From Mycobacterium leprae (GTDB lineage: Bacteria; Bacillota; Sulfobacillia; Symbiobacteriales; Symbiobacteriaceae), in the NCBI GenBank assembly GCA_050262655.1, contig JBLNEM010000509.1, positions 794 to 64,793 of the forward strand: a DNA stretch of 64,000 bases, in the 5' to 3' direction. Positions 9,010 to 17,256 of the stretch are shown here, piece after piece. The notes beneath the pieces were generated by a model. It made no database searches. It was not told where the DNA came from and saw only the letters and a list, made by a program, of their open reading frames with translations. Numbering within the stretch: the first letter of the stretch is position 1; each line of letters begins with the position of its first letter. A program made the translations under genes and the position numbers.

Positions 9010-10152
9010 ATGAACATCGACGTACGGTTACTGCGTTACCTTGACAAGCTGTTGGTGCTCGTCATATTGGCTCTGATCGCAGCGGGTGTTGTGGCGGTCT
9101 CCACCGCTGCTCTGGGGTACACCGGATCCGCCGCATTGGCCGATTCCTTTGTGAAGAAGCAGATCATCGCGGCGGTGATCGGTTTCGTTCTCCTGATCTT
9201 GATCCTGCTGTTCGACTATAGTGAGTTCGCTCATTTACATAAGGTGTTCTACGGCCTGAACATCCTGATGCTTGGAGCTGTCCTGGTAATGGGGAAGATC
9301 ACCAACGGCGCTCAGAGTTGGATCCCCCTGGGGCCTGTGCAGATTCAACCAAGTGAGTTTGGCAAGGTGCTGTTGATTCTCACCCTGGGCAACCAACTGA
9401 GCCGGATGGACAAACTGACAGGGATCAGGGATCTGATTGGACCGGCGCTGCACGTACTGCCACTCCTGGTACTGCTCGGGCTGCAGCCTGATGTCGGAAC
9501 AGCCCTGGTATTCGTGGTGATCACGGCGGCGATGGTCTACGTGGCCGGGTTCCCCGGCTGGAAGCTGGCCCTGATGGGTGGGTCGCCCATCGCTCTTGTG
9601 GCCGGGTGGTTCTACGCACACCTGAAGTGGAAGGTGAGCATGTGGCCTCTGGGGGACTGGCAGGTCAAGCGGCTCGAGGTATTCGTGGACCCCGCAAAGG
9701 ACCTCACCGGCGATGGGTGGCACGTGATGCAATCCAAAATCGCTATCGGTTCAGGGGGGCTGTGGGGACGCGGGCTGTATCATGGGACCCAAACCCAGCT
9801 CGGCTACCTGCCCGAGCAGCATACGGACTTTGTCTTCTCCGTCATCGGGGAAGAGATCGGTTTTCTGCGGGGTGGACTGCCGCTCTTGTTACTTTACCTG
9901 GTGTTGTTGTGGCGCATCATGGCGACGGCGGCCACCAGCAAGGACCGGTATGGCGCACTCATCGCCACCGGGGTGGCTGCCATGCTGGGATTTCATGTGC
10001 TGCAGAACATTGGCATGACCCTGGGGGTGATGCCGGTGACCGGTATTCCGCTGCCCTTCGTCTCTTATGGAGGCTCGGCGATGATGACCAATATCGTGGC
10101 GATCGGCCTGGTGCTGAACGTGGGCATGCGCCGGCAGACACTGATGTTCTGA
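9010..10152 (+). CDS. rodA: SEDS-family peptidoglycan glycosyltransferase RodA (FtsW/RodA/SpoVE family)
   Basis: Ten-TM protein with LGPVQIQPSEFGK, PDVGTALV, IGSGGLWGRG, EQHTDFVF and PLPFVSYGGSAM. I start it at the ATG at 9010 because the longer ORF (from 8914) runs through the minE terminator. Confidence 0.85.
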   Translation: MNIDVRLLRYLDKLLVLVILALIAAGVVAVSTAALGYTGSAALADSFVKKQIIAAVIGFVLLILILLFDYSEFAHLHKVFYGLNILMLGAVLVMGKITNGAQSWIPLGPVQIQPSEFGKVLLILTLGNQLSRMDKLTGIRDLIGPALHVLPLLVLLGLQPDVGTALVFVVITAAMVYVAGFPGWKLALMGGSPIALVAGWFYAHLKWKVSMWPLGDWQVKRLEVFVDPAKDLTGDGWHVMQSKIAIGSGGLWGRGLYHGTQTQLGYLPEQHTDFVFSVIGEEIGFLRGGLPLLLLYLVLLWRIMATAATSKDRYGALIATGVAAMLGFHVLQNIGMTLGVMPVTGIPLPFVSYGGSAMMTNIVAIGLVLNVGMRRQTLMF

Positions 10153-10205
10153 TTAGATTGCGCATGTGCTAAAATAGTCATCATCAATAGGGGAAGGGGT
10201 CGCCT

Positions 10206-10733
10206 ATGTTAAGTATGCAGGATGCCCGCGCATTGGCTCGGACTCAGGCGGAAGAGATTGAGCGCCGGTTCAGGGCCTCGGCTACCGTTGGCGACCAGTT
10301 TGCCGATCGGGTGGCGGCTACGGTAGGCTCGTGGCGGTTTATCGGCTACCAGAGTGCGCTTCTGGGTCTCTGGATTCTCTGGAACTCGCTGAAGGTCACT
10401 GCGCCTTTTCACTTTGATCCGCCGCCCTTTATTGGCATGAACCTGCTTTTATCCTTTCAGGCGGCGTACACCGCTCCCTTTATCATGATGTCGCAGAACC
10501 GTTCCGGGGCGAAGGACCGCGCCTATGCCGAAAGTGACTTCGAAACCAATGTTTCGGCGGCAGCCGAGATCGATGAGATGCATGAACATCTTGACGCCCT
10601 CGTGGAGACGGTACATTTGCGAACTGTAACCGTGGGGCACCTGGAACGCTTGCTAGAGCGGGTGGAGCAGTTGGAACAGCAGAACCACAAGCTGCTGGAG
10701 GCCGTCGAATCACTCCGACAGGAGCGGCAGTAG
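10206..10733 (+). CDS. DUF1003-like membrane protein
   Basis: FADRVAATVGSWRFIGYQS...FDPPPFIGMNLLLSFQAAYTAPFIMMSQNR, followed by a C-terminal coiled coil. Confidence 0.65.
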   Translation: MLSMQDARALARTQAEEIERRFRASATVGDQFADRVAATVGSWRFIGYQSALLGLWILWNSLKVTAPFHFDPPPFIGMNLLLSFQAAYTAPFIMMSQNRSGAKDRAYAESDFETNVSAAAEIDEMHEHLDALVETVHLRTVTVGHLERLLERVEQLEQQNHKLLEAVESLRQERQ

Positions 10734-10752
10734 GTCACTGGGTGGCATGAAA

Positions 10753-10789
10753 CAGGGGGTCTTCCGTTTGGCGGAAGACCCCCTGCTTT
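10753..10789. terminator. Bidirectional intrinsic terminator (DUF1003 gene / thiolase gene)
   Basis: CAGGGGGTCTTCCG-tttgg-CGGAAGACCCCCTG followed by cttt. Confidence 0.7.
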
Positions 10790-10802
10790 GTGTTGACCGA
10801 AC

Positions 10803-11981
10803 CTAACGTTCTACAATCACTGTAACGCCCATGCCGCCGCCCACGCAGAGGGTTGCGAGGCCCCGACGGGCATCCTGACGGGCCATCTCATAGAGCAGGC
10901 TGATCAATATACGGGCACCGCTGGCGCCAATCGGGTGACCAAGTGCAATCGCACCGCCGTTGACGTTTACTTTGGCCGGGTCCCAACCCAACTCCTTGGT
11001 CACGGCCAGGGATTGGGCCGCAAAAGCTTCGTTTGCTTCGATCAGGTCGATATCGCCCAACTTCAGGCCCGCCTTGGTTAGTGCCTTGTGGGTGGAGGCG
11101 ACAGGGCCAATACCCATGATCTCCGGCGCGACACCGGCCGAAGCCCAACTGACCAGACGGGCCAGGGGGGTGAGGCCAAGGCTCTTCGCCTTCTCGCTGG
11201 AGGTTATGACCAGCGCCGCAGCGCCATCGTTGATACCCGAGGCATTGCCGGCCGTTACGGTACCATCCTTCTTGAAGGCGGGCTTGAGCGCCGCCAGTTT
11301 CTCGACGGTTGTGTCGGCACGGGGGTGTTCATCGCGGGTGAAGAGGACGGGGTCCCCCTTCTTCTGCGGAATACCTACGGGGACGATCTCACGCTCAAAC
11401 CGGCCGTCTTCGATGGCAGCGCGAGCTTTGGCCTGGCTCTCAGCCGCAAAGGCATCCTGTTCGCTGCGGGAGATTCCGTACTGCTCGGCCACGTTCTCTG
11501 CCGTCAGGCCCATGTGGTAGTGGTTGATCGAGCAGGTCAGGCCGTCCAGGATCATGAGGTCTTGAACCTCGCCATGCCCCATGCGATACCCGGTGCGGGC
11601 TTTGGGCAGGGTGTAGGGGGCGTTGGACATGGATTCCATTCCCCCAGCCACTACCACATCTGCGTCGCCGGCAATGATCGTTTGCGCAGCCAACAGGACC
11701 GACTTGAGCCCGGAGCCGCAGATGTTGTTGACGGTGGTGGCTGGTGCGCTGTCGGGAATGCCGGCTTTCAACGCGGCCTGGCGGGCTGGGCCCATCCCCT
11801 GTCCGGCCTGCAACACGTTACCCAGATAAACCTCGTTGACCTGCTCGGGCTGCAGTCCAGCCCGCTCAAGTGCTGCCCGAATGGCGATTGCACCAAGCTC
11901 CCAGGCCTGAAAGGATGCCAGCGACCCGCCGAACCCGCCGATGGCCGTACGGGCACCTGATGCAATGACGATCTCCTTCAT
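10803..11981 (-). CDS. Acetyl-CoA C-acetyltransferase (thiolase II)
   Basis: [12 protein letters not shown] (active-site Cys), [31 protein letters not shown]. Confidence 0.9.
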   Translation of the reverse strand: MKEIVIASGARTAIGGFGGSLASFQAWELGAIAIRAALERAGLQPEQVNEVYLGNVLQAGQGMGPARQAALKAGIPDSAPATTVNNICGSGLKSVLLAAQTIIAGDADVVVAGGMESMSNAPYTLPKARTGYRMGHGEVQDLMILDGLTCSINHYHMGLTAENVAEQYGISRSEQDAFAAESQAKARAAIEDGRFEREIVPVGIPQKKGDPVLFTRDEHPRADTTVEKLAALKPAFKKDGTVTAGNASGINDGAAALVITSSEKAKSLGLTPLARLVSWASAGVAPEIMGIGPVASTHKALTKAGLKLGDIDLIEANEAFAAQSLAVTKELGWDPAKVNVNGGAIALGHPIGASGARILISLLYEMARQDARRGLATLCVGGGMGVTVIVER

Positions 11982-11996
11982 ACCGGAAACCTCCTC

Positions 11997-12671
11997 TTAT
12001 GCGGTCATCTCGCGCAAATCCGGGGCAATGATCAAGCGGCCGGCCGTCGCTGTTCGCACCTCATCGACCGTGATGCCAGGGGCGATCTCTTTCATCAGGA
12101 AGCCTTCCGGCGTAATCTCGAAGTAGCCCATGTCGGTGACCACCACGTCTACTTCACCCTGAGCGGTCAGGGGCAGACGGCAGCGTTCCAGCAGTTTGGG
12201 GGAACCGTCCTTGGTCACGTGCTCGGTCGCCACAAAGACTCGCTTGGCGCCTACCAGCAGGTCCATCGCGCCCCCCATTCCGGGCAGTAGTTTCCCGGGA
12301 ATCATCCAGTTGGCAATGTTACCATACTGATCTACTTCCAGGGTGCCAAGAACCGTGGCGTCGACGTGGCCGCCGCGGATAATGCCGAACGATGTGCTGG
12401 AGTCAAAGAAGCAGCCACCAGGGACGATGGTGACCGGCTGTCCACCCGCGTTGACCAGGTCGTTGTCGGCCAGACCCGGGTCGGTGGGAGCCGGACCAAG
12501 ACCGATAAACCCGTTTTCCGATTGAAGCATGACCGAGACGCCTTCCGGCAGGTAATTAGCAACCATAGTGGGCATGCCGATGCCGAGATTGACCAGGTCA
12601 CCGTTGTGGAACTCGCGGGCTATCCGTTTCACAATGAGCATACGACGCTCTTTGGCATCCACCCGAAACAC
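11997..12671 (-). CDS. scoB: 3-oxoacid / acetate CoA-transferase subunit B
   Basis: MLQSENGFIGLGP (catalytic Glu motif), GGAMDL, and its position after subunit A. Confidence 0.9.
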   Translation of the reverse strand: MFRVDAKERRMLIVKRIAREFHNGDLVNLGIGMPTMVANYLPEGVSVMLQSENGFIGLGPAPTDPGLADNDLVNAGGQPVTIVPGGCFFDSSTSFGIIRGGHVDATVLGTLEVDQYGNIANWMIPGKLLPGMGGAMDLLVGAKRVFVATEHVTKDGSPKLLERCRLPLTAQGEVDVVVTDMGYFEITPEGFLMKEIAPGITVDEVRTATAGRLIIAPDLREMTA

Positions 12672-12674
12672 CCC

Positions 12675-13322
12675 CTAAACCTTCACAAGGTAGTCGACGA
12701 AGATGCCCGGTGTCATCACCATGTCGGGATCGATGGCGCCGATCTCTACCACTTCGTTGACTTGCGCGATGACGGTATCGGCAGCCGTGGCCATCAGCGG
12801 GTTGAAGTTACGGGTTGAACGCCGGTAGACCAGGTTCCCCATCGCATCCGCAGTATGGGCCCGCAGCAACGCAACGTCGGCCTTCAGGGGCCGCTCCAAC
12901 AGGTAGGTGTGGCCGTCCAACTCCATGGTTGGCTTTCCTTCGGCTACAATCGTGCCAACACCGGTGGGCGTAAGGAATCCACCCAAACCTGAACCGGCGC
13001 AACGAATGCGCTCGGCCAGCGTGCCCTGGGGGATCAGAACCACCTGCATCGCTCCGCTGTTCATGAGCTTACCGACCTCGGGGTTGAGGCCTACGTGCGA
13101 GGCGATTAACCGCTGGACCTGCCCCCGCACGATCAGCTTGCCGACCCCTTTATCCGGGAAGCCGCCGTCATTGCAGATAATGGTCAGGTCCTTGACTCCC
13201 CGCTCTACGAGCGCATCCATGAAGAGTTCGGGGGTACCCGTTGCCATGAAGCCTCCAACCATGATCGTCATTTCGTCATGGATCAGACTCATGGCATGCT
13301 CCAGGCTGGTTACCTTGCTCAT
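12675..13322 (-). CDS. scoA: 3-oxoacid / acetate CoA-transferase subunit A
   Basis: MTIMVGGFMATGTPE...ICNDGG...VLIPQGTLAERIR.AG.GLGGFLTPTGVGT. I start it at the ATG at 13322, which is preceded by AAAGGAGG; the longer ORF (to 13436) has no support. Confidence 0.9.
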   Translation of the reverse strand: MSKVTSLEHAMSLIHDEMTIMVGGFMATGTPELFMDALVERGVKDLTIICNDGGFPDKGVGKLIVRGQVQRLIASHVGLNPEVGKLMNSGAMQVVLIPQGTLAERIRCAGSGLGGFLTPTGVGTIVAEGKPTMELDGHTYLLERPLKADVALLRAHTADAMGNLVYRRSTRNFNPLMATAADTVIAQVNEVVEIGAIDPDMVMTPGIFVDYLVKV

Positions 13323-13361
13323 GCCGGATCCTCCTTTGCTTGGCCCTCTCCAGCGAGACTG

Positions 13362-13377
13362 AGCAAGGATTATGCCA
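13362..13377 (-). promoter_or_regulatory. Sigma-54 (-24/-12) promoter for the CoA-transferase/thiolase operon
   Basis: The minus strand reads TGGCATAATCCTTGCT. GG and GC have the exact spacing of the TGGCAC-N5-TTGCA consensus. It lies about 40 nt upstream of the scoA-like ATG and directly downstream of a sigma-54-dependent activator gene. Confidence 0.65.
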
Positions 13378-13401
13378 GCCAAGCGAGGATGTAGAACGCC
13401 T

Positions 13402-13434
13402 GCGCGGTGCGGGCTGGGTTGGCCCGCACCGCGC
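13402..13434. repeat. Perfect 13-bp inverted repeat (7-nt spacer) upstream of the sigma-54 promoter
   Basis: GCGCGGTGCGGGC-tgggttg-GCCCGCACCGCGC. A second palindrome, TGCACAGGTGTGCA, lies at 13442-13455. Confidence 0.6.
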
Positions 13435-13476
13435 AAAACGATGCACAGGTGTGCAGTTCACTTCGCACCCAAAGAA

Positions 13477-13638
13477 TCACGGCTTCTTGGGGGGGACGCT
13501 GCACATGCGATTTCGGCTGCCCCTCGAGGTCAAGGGTTGCTGTCGACTTTGGAACGCTTTTGGCGGGGCTACAGAGGGATGGATCATGGTGGGGACCGCC
13601 TTAGGCTTGTCACCAGAAGCCGAAGTCTTGTGGCTCAT
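13477..13638 (-). CDS. Possible 53-aa basic Pro/Ser-rich small protein (speculative)
   Basis: The ATG is preceded by AAGAGGAGGATGACC, a strong Shine-Dalgarno with 6-nt spacing. The product would be MSHKTSASGDKPKAVPTMIHPSVAPPKAFQSRQQPLTSRGSRNRMCSVPPKKP. I recognise no family. Confidence 0.2.
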   Translation of the reverse strand: MSHKTSASGDKPKAVPTMIHPSVAPPKAFQSRQQPLTSRGSRNRMCSVPPKKP

Positions 13639-13780
13639 GGTCATCCTCCTCTTACATGCTCTGAACCACGCTGTTCCAGGCCTTGGAGAGAAAGGATCTT
13701 CGGCGCATGCCAAAATCGTTATAGTATTAGTATAAATCAACGAGCAGCCGCCCGAAAGGGGCAGCCGCTCGCCTGCTTTA

Positions 13781-15127
13781 TTATTGTTCTGAACCCAGCG
13801 CATCGGTCACTAGTCCAAGGGCTTTGAGCTTCATCTGCAGCGCCCGGCGGCTAATGCCCAGCATACGTGCCGCTTGCGTTCGGTTTCCCTTACACTCTCG
13901 CAGTGCCAGTTGAATCTGTTCCTGTTCGTAGCCAGCCTTGAGGCGGTTGACGCTGGATTTCAGCGAGGCGCCGGGCTCTTCTCGGCTCCCGCTTGTAAGT
14001 TCGGGCAGTTGTTCCACCTCTACCAGGGGGCCGTCCCACAAGACGACTACCTGCTCTACCAGGTTGCGCAACTCCCGTACGTTCCCCGGCCAGCGATATG
14101 ATGCCAGGACGGCCATCGCCTGGGGAGAGAACCCTTGAAATGCCTTGTCGTGTTCTTCGGTGAAAGTACGCAGGAAGTGGTTGAGGAGCAGGGGAATGTC
14201 GCCCGTCCGTTCTCTTAAGGGCGGCAGCTTGATCGGGACCACGGCGAGGCGGAAATAGAGGTCCTCTCTGAACGCTCCGGTCTTCACCATCTCGCGCAGA
14301 TCCCGATGTGTTGAGGCCAGCACGCGTACATCTACCGGCATGGGGCGGACCGCACCCAGAGGCTCTACGCTGTTGGTTTCCAGTACGCGTAGCAGCTTGG
14401 CTTGGAGGGAAAGCGGCATATCGCCGATCTCATCGAGCAGCAAGGTGCCACCCCTGGCAAGTTCGAAACGGCCTGGTTTGCGGCTGCCGGCACCGGTGAA
14501 AGCGCCCTTCTCGTAGCCGAAGAGCTCGCTTTCCAGGAGATTTTCTGGCACCGCTGCACAGTTGAACGCCAGGAAGGGTCTGGCCGCGCGACCGCTATGG
14601 GCATGGATCGCCCGTGCCACCAGTTCTTTGCCGGTTCCCGTCTCGCCTAGTATCAAGGTGCAGGCATCAGTTCTGGCGATGCGCTCGATTTTGCGGTAGA
14701 CCTCCAGCATGACGGTGCTGTCGCCCAGCATGCCGGCCGGACGCGGGGGCAACGGGGGCGGGGCGACGGCAAGGACTCGCTCCATTACCGACCTGACCTG
14801 GCCCAGGTCAAAGGGTTTCATGACGTAATCGGCTGCGCCGGCCTTGATTGCTTCCACCGCTGTCTGAACCGTCGCATACGCCGTCATCATGATGACCGGG
14901 AGATGGGGGTACTGCTTCTTGATCTCCCGCAGGACAGTCAGGCCATCCATGCCCGGCATGACCAGATCCAACATGACCAGGTCAGCACCCTGGCTGGCCA
15001 GGATTTGGAGTGCGTCTGAGCCGCTGCGGGCGCCTGTTACGGAGAACTCAGTGCCGAAGCCCTGGGTAAACAGCCACGCCATGTTCGGTTCGTCGTCAAC
15101 CACTAACAGGTGGGGCATTCCTGTCAC
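13781..15127 (-). CDS. Sigma-54-dependent response regulator (NtrC/AtoC family: REC + AAA+ + Fis-type HTH)
   Basis: REC domain (LLVVDDEPNM...DLVMLDLVMPGMDG), AAA+ domain (GETGTGKE, GAFTGA, ESELFGYEKGAFTGA, RVLE) and a C-terminal HTH (NRTQAARMLGISRRAL). Confidence 0.9.
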   Translation of the reverse strand: MTGMPHLLVVDDEPNMAWLFTQGFGTEFSVTGARSGSDALQILASQGADLVMLDLVMPGMDGLTVLREIKKQYPHLPVIMMTAYATVQTAVEAIKAGAADYVMKPFDLGQVRSVMERVLAVAPPPLPPRPAGMLGDSTVMLEVYRKIERIARTDACTLILGETGTGKELVARAIHAHSGRAARPFLAFNCAAVPENLLESELFGYEKGAFTGAGSRKPGRFELARGGTLLLDEIGDMPLSLQAKLLRVLETNSVEPLGAVRPMPVDVRVLASTHRDLREMVKTGAFREDLYFRLAVVPIKLPPLRERTGDIPLLLNHFLRTFTEEHDKAFQGFSPQAMAVLASYRWPGNVRELRNLVEQVVVLWDGPLVEVEQLPELTSGSREEPGASLKSSVNRLKAGYEQEQIQLALRECKGNRTQAARMLGISRRALQMKLKALGLVTDALGSEQ

Positions 15128-16851
15128 TCCTCTGAAGGCACGGGCGAGCTTGAGGCAACCGGCAGCAGAACCGTGAAGCAGGCGCCCTTACCCTGCGCCG
15201 ACTCAACTTCTACGTAGCCGCGGTGTTCGTCCACGATGCGCTGGACCACGGGGAGACCCAACCCAGTTCCGCCCGGCTTCGAGCTATAGAAGACCTCCCA
15301 GATGTTCGGCAGGTGCTCTGGATCGATGCCTCCGCCCTGATCACTCACAACCACACGCACAAAACGGCTATTGGCGGGATGCTCTGTGCGGACTGCCAGC
15401 AGCCCACCGTCTGGCATGGCCTGAACGCCATTGATCATCAGGTTGAGCAATGCCTGTTGCAGATGCTCGGCATCGCCGTGCACCCGTAGCCGTCCGGGGT
15501 GCAGATCGAGCCCTATGTCGACTCCATTCTTCTGCGCGTAGCCGCGGATAAACTCCACGGCCAACAGGACCCGCTCATTCAGATCGACCAACGCCATCTG
15601 TGGCTCCGAATAGCGGGCAAAGCCCAGGAGCCCCTGAATGGTCCTGTTCACGCGCAACAGTTCCTGACCAGCGATGTGGGATAACGACACCAAAAACTCA
15701 TGGTCCGTCAGGCGCTGCGGGATCAATTGGACCGAACCTGCGACCACGGTCAGTGGGTTGCGGATCTCGTGGGCGATTGCCACGGCCAGTTCACCGGCCA
15801 AAGCCAGGCGTTCTGCCCGCTCGAAATACTGGTCTTGCCGGCGGATGCCCTCGGTCTCTTCGAAGAGGAAGAGGTAGTATGTAGGGGTTGATGAATGGTG
15901 GACCAGAGGGGCGACCAGGACCTCGACGTCCGTTGACCGGTTGGCGCACCGAAGCGTAAGCGGAACTCTTACTCGGAGCTGCAGATCGTGGGAAGGACGG
16001 AGCCGGTCAACCTGTACCGACTCGGCTCCGAGTTGGGTGAGCAGGTCGGTCCATTTCACTCCCACGACTCCCTGCTCGGGTAGACCGGTCAGTTGGGACA
16101 TCAACCCGCCCCACAGAACGACAGAACCCGTTTCGTCTACGAGCATGACACCGGCCTGGAGGTTGTCAAGAAACAGCCGGGTGTACCGCTCGACCTGCTC
16201 CAGTGAATGGGTCAGGGAGCGAACGCTATCCTCGGCCATAAGCCCGTTCCGGCAGGCCTCGTCCAGACGGGAACGGATCGCCGCAGCGGTCAGCGTGGAC
16301 TCACTGGCCAGAAAGGCCAGGCCAGATAACCCCAATACGGTATCGAACCCGGTGGATTGACAGTTTCGGCTGTTACCCGCCTGAAGCTGGCGATAAATCT
16401 CCTCCAGCGACTCATTGGCGAACGTGAAGCCAATCACGTCACCGTGGCGGACCAACGGATGCATACAGTTTAAGGCGTCACCCCGGACCATGGAACCCAC
16501 GGCGATTCGTTCAACCCGTTCCCGCATGGCGATGCGCCCCAGATGGTCGCCCGGGGGCGTCACCCCCACGAGATAGCCCAAGGTGTGGCTTGGGGCGTAG
16601 GCGACGATTTGGTCCAAAACGACATCGTAGTAGCCCACGCCGGCACCACCGAAGGCGCTGGACACCTGCTCCGCGACTGGGGTCAGTGCGCTGCACAACC
16701 CTTGCAAGCGGCCGGTGGCGCCCATTGGCAGCCACTGATCATAACCGTCACCCAGCATCTGGTCTAGCATCCGGGCCAGCCCCATCAGTTTGGCAGCCTT
16801 TTCATCTAGCAAAACCGATTCAGCCCGCTGTATAATCGCTGGGCGCCACAT
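15124..16851 (-). CDS. Cytoplasmic sensor histidine kinase (AtoS-like: N-terminal sensor + PAS + HisKA + HATPase_c)
   Basis: H-box AIAHEIRNPL, N-box LLNLMINGVQA, G-boxes DQGGGI and GGTGLGL. I see no obvious TM helix. It has a 4-nt overlap with the regulator gene. Confidence 0.85.
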   Translation of the reverse strand: MWRPAIIQRAESVLLDEKAAKLMGLARMLDQMLGDGYDQWLPMGATGRLQGLCSALTPVAEQVSSAFGGAGVGYYDVVLDQIVAYAPSHTLGYLVGVTPPGDHLGRIAMRERVERIAVGSMVRGDALNCMHPLVRHGDVIGFTFANESLEEIYRQLQAGNSRNCQSTGFDTVLGLSGLAFLASESTLTAAAIRSRLDEACRNGLMAEDSVRSLTHSLEQVERYTRLFLDNLQAGVMLVDETGSVVLWGGLMSQLTGLPEQGVVGVKWTDLLTQLGAESVQVDRLRPSHDLQLRVRVPLTLRCANRSTDVEVLVAPLVHHSSTPTYYLFLFEETEGIRRQDQYFERAERLALAGELAVAIAHEIRNPLTVVAGSVQLIPQRLTDHEFLVSLSHIAGQELLRVNRTIQGLLGFARYSEPQMALVDLNERVLLAVEFIRGYAQKNGVDIGLDLHPGRLRVHGDAEHLQQALLNLMINGVQAMPDGGLLAVRTEHPANSRFVRVVVSDQGGGIDPEHLPNIWEVFYSSKPGGTGLGLPVVQRIVDEHRGYVEVESAQGKGACFTVLLPVASSSPVPSEE

Positions 16852-17124
16852 GCTTGTCCACCTCCGACCTTACCTATAGCGTAGCAAAATGGGCAAAGAC
16901 CGTATAGTGTAAAGGATGCCGCTTCGCCACAATCCATGGCAGAAGTGAACGTTAAAACAGGTCATGTGCATTCCGTGTTGGGAAACCATTCGCCGATGAC
17001 GCTCATGTGTGACACTGCTTCCGTCGGCAGTTTGGGCGGCTATTCCCGCAAGGCGCGACGCGCCTCCTCCTCGCGGTACTGGCCAAATGGCCAGGGCAAA
17101 ATCAAGACCATGGGATAGGTAAAA

Positions 17125-17164
17125 CCCCGCCAGATGCATGGAGCATAAGGCGGGGATTTCTTTT
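17125..17164 (+). terminator. Hairpin plus T-tract inside the leader of the ABC transporter operon (possible attenuator)
   Basis: CCCCGCC-17 nt-GGCGGGG followed by atttctttt. No plus-strand gene lies upstream of it. Confidence 0.4.
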
Positions 17165-17256
17165 ACATTAAATAAACAACGCTGATGTGCAACCTAACCG
17201 GAGATAGGAAGCGGCTCGGCGGAGTTCACGAAAAGTTCACCTTAGGGGGCGCAGAT

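Noticed and set aside
17072-17079. GTACCGCG (on the minus strand), reminiscent of the T-box core GGTGGTACCGCG
   Set aside because: Only 8 nt match, the orientation points toward a histidine kinase gene, and no specifier-loop or antiterminator architecture is visible.
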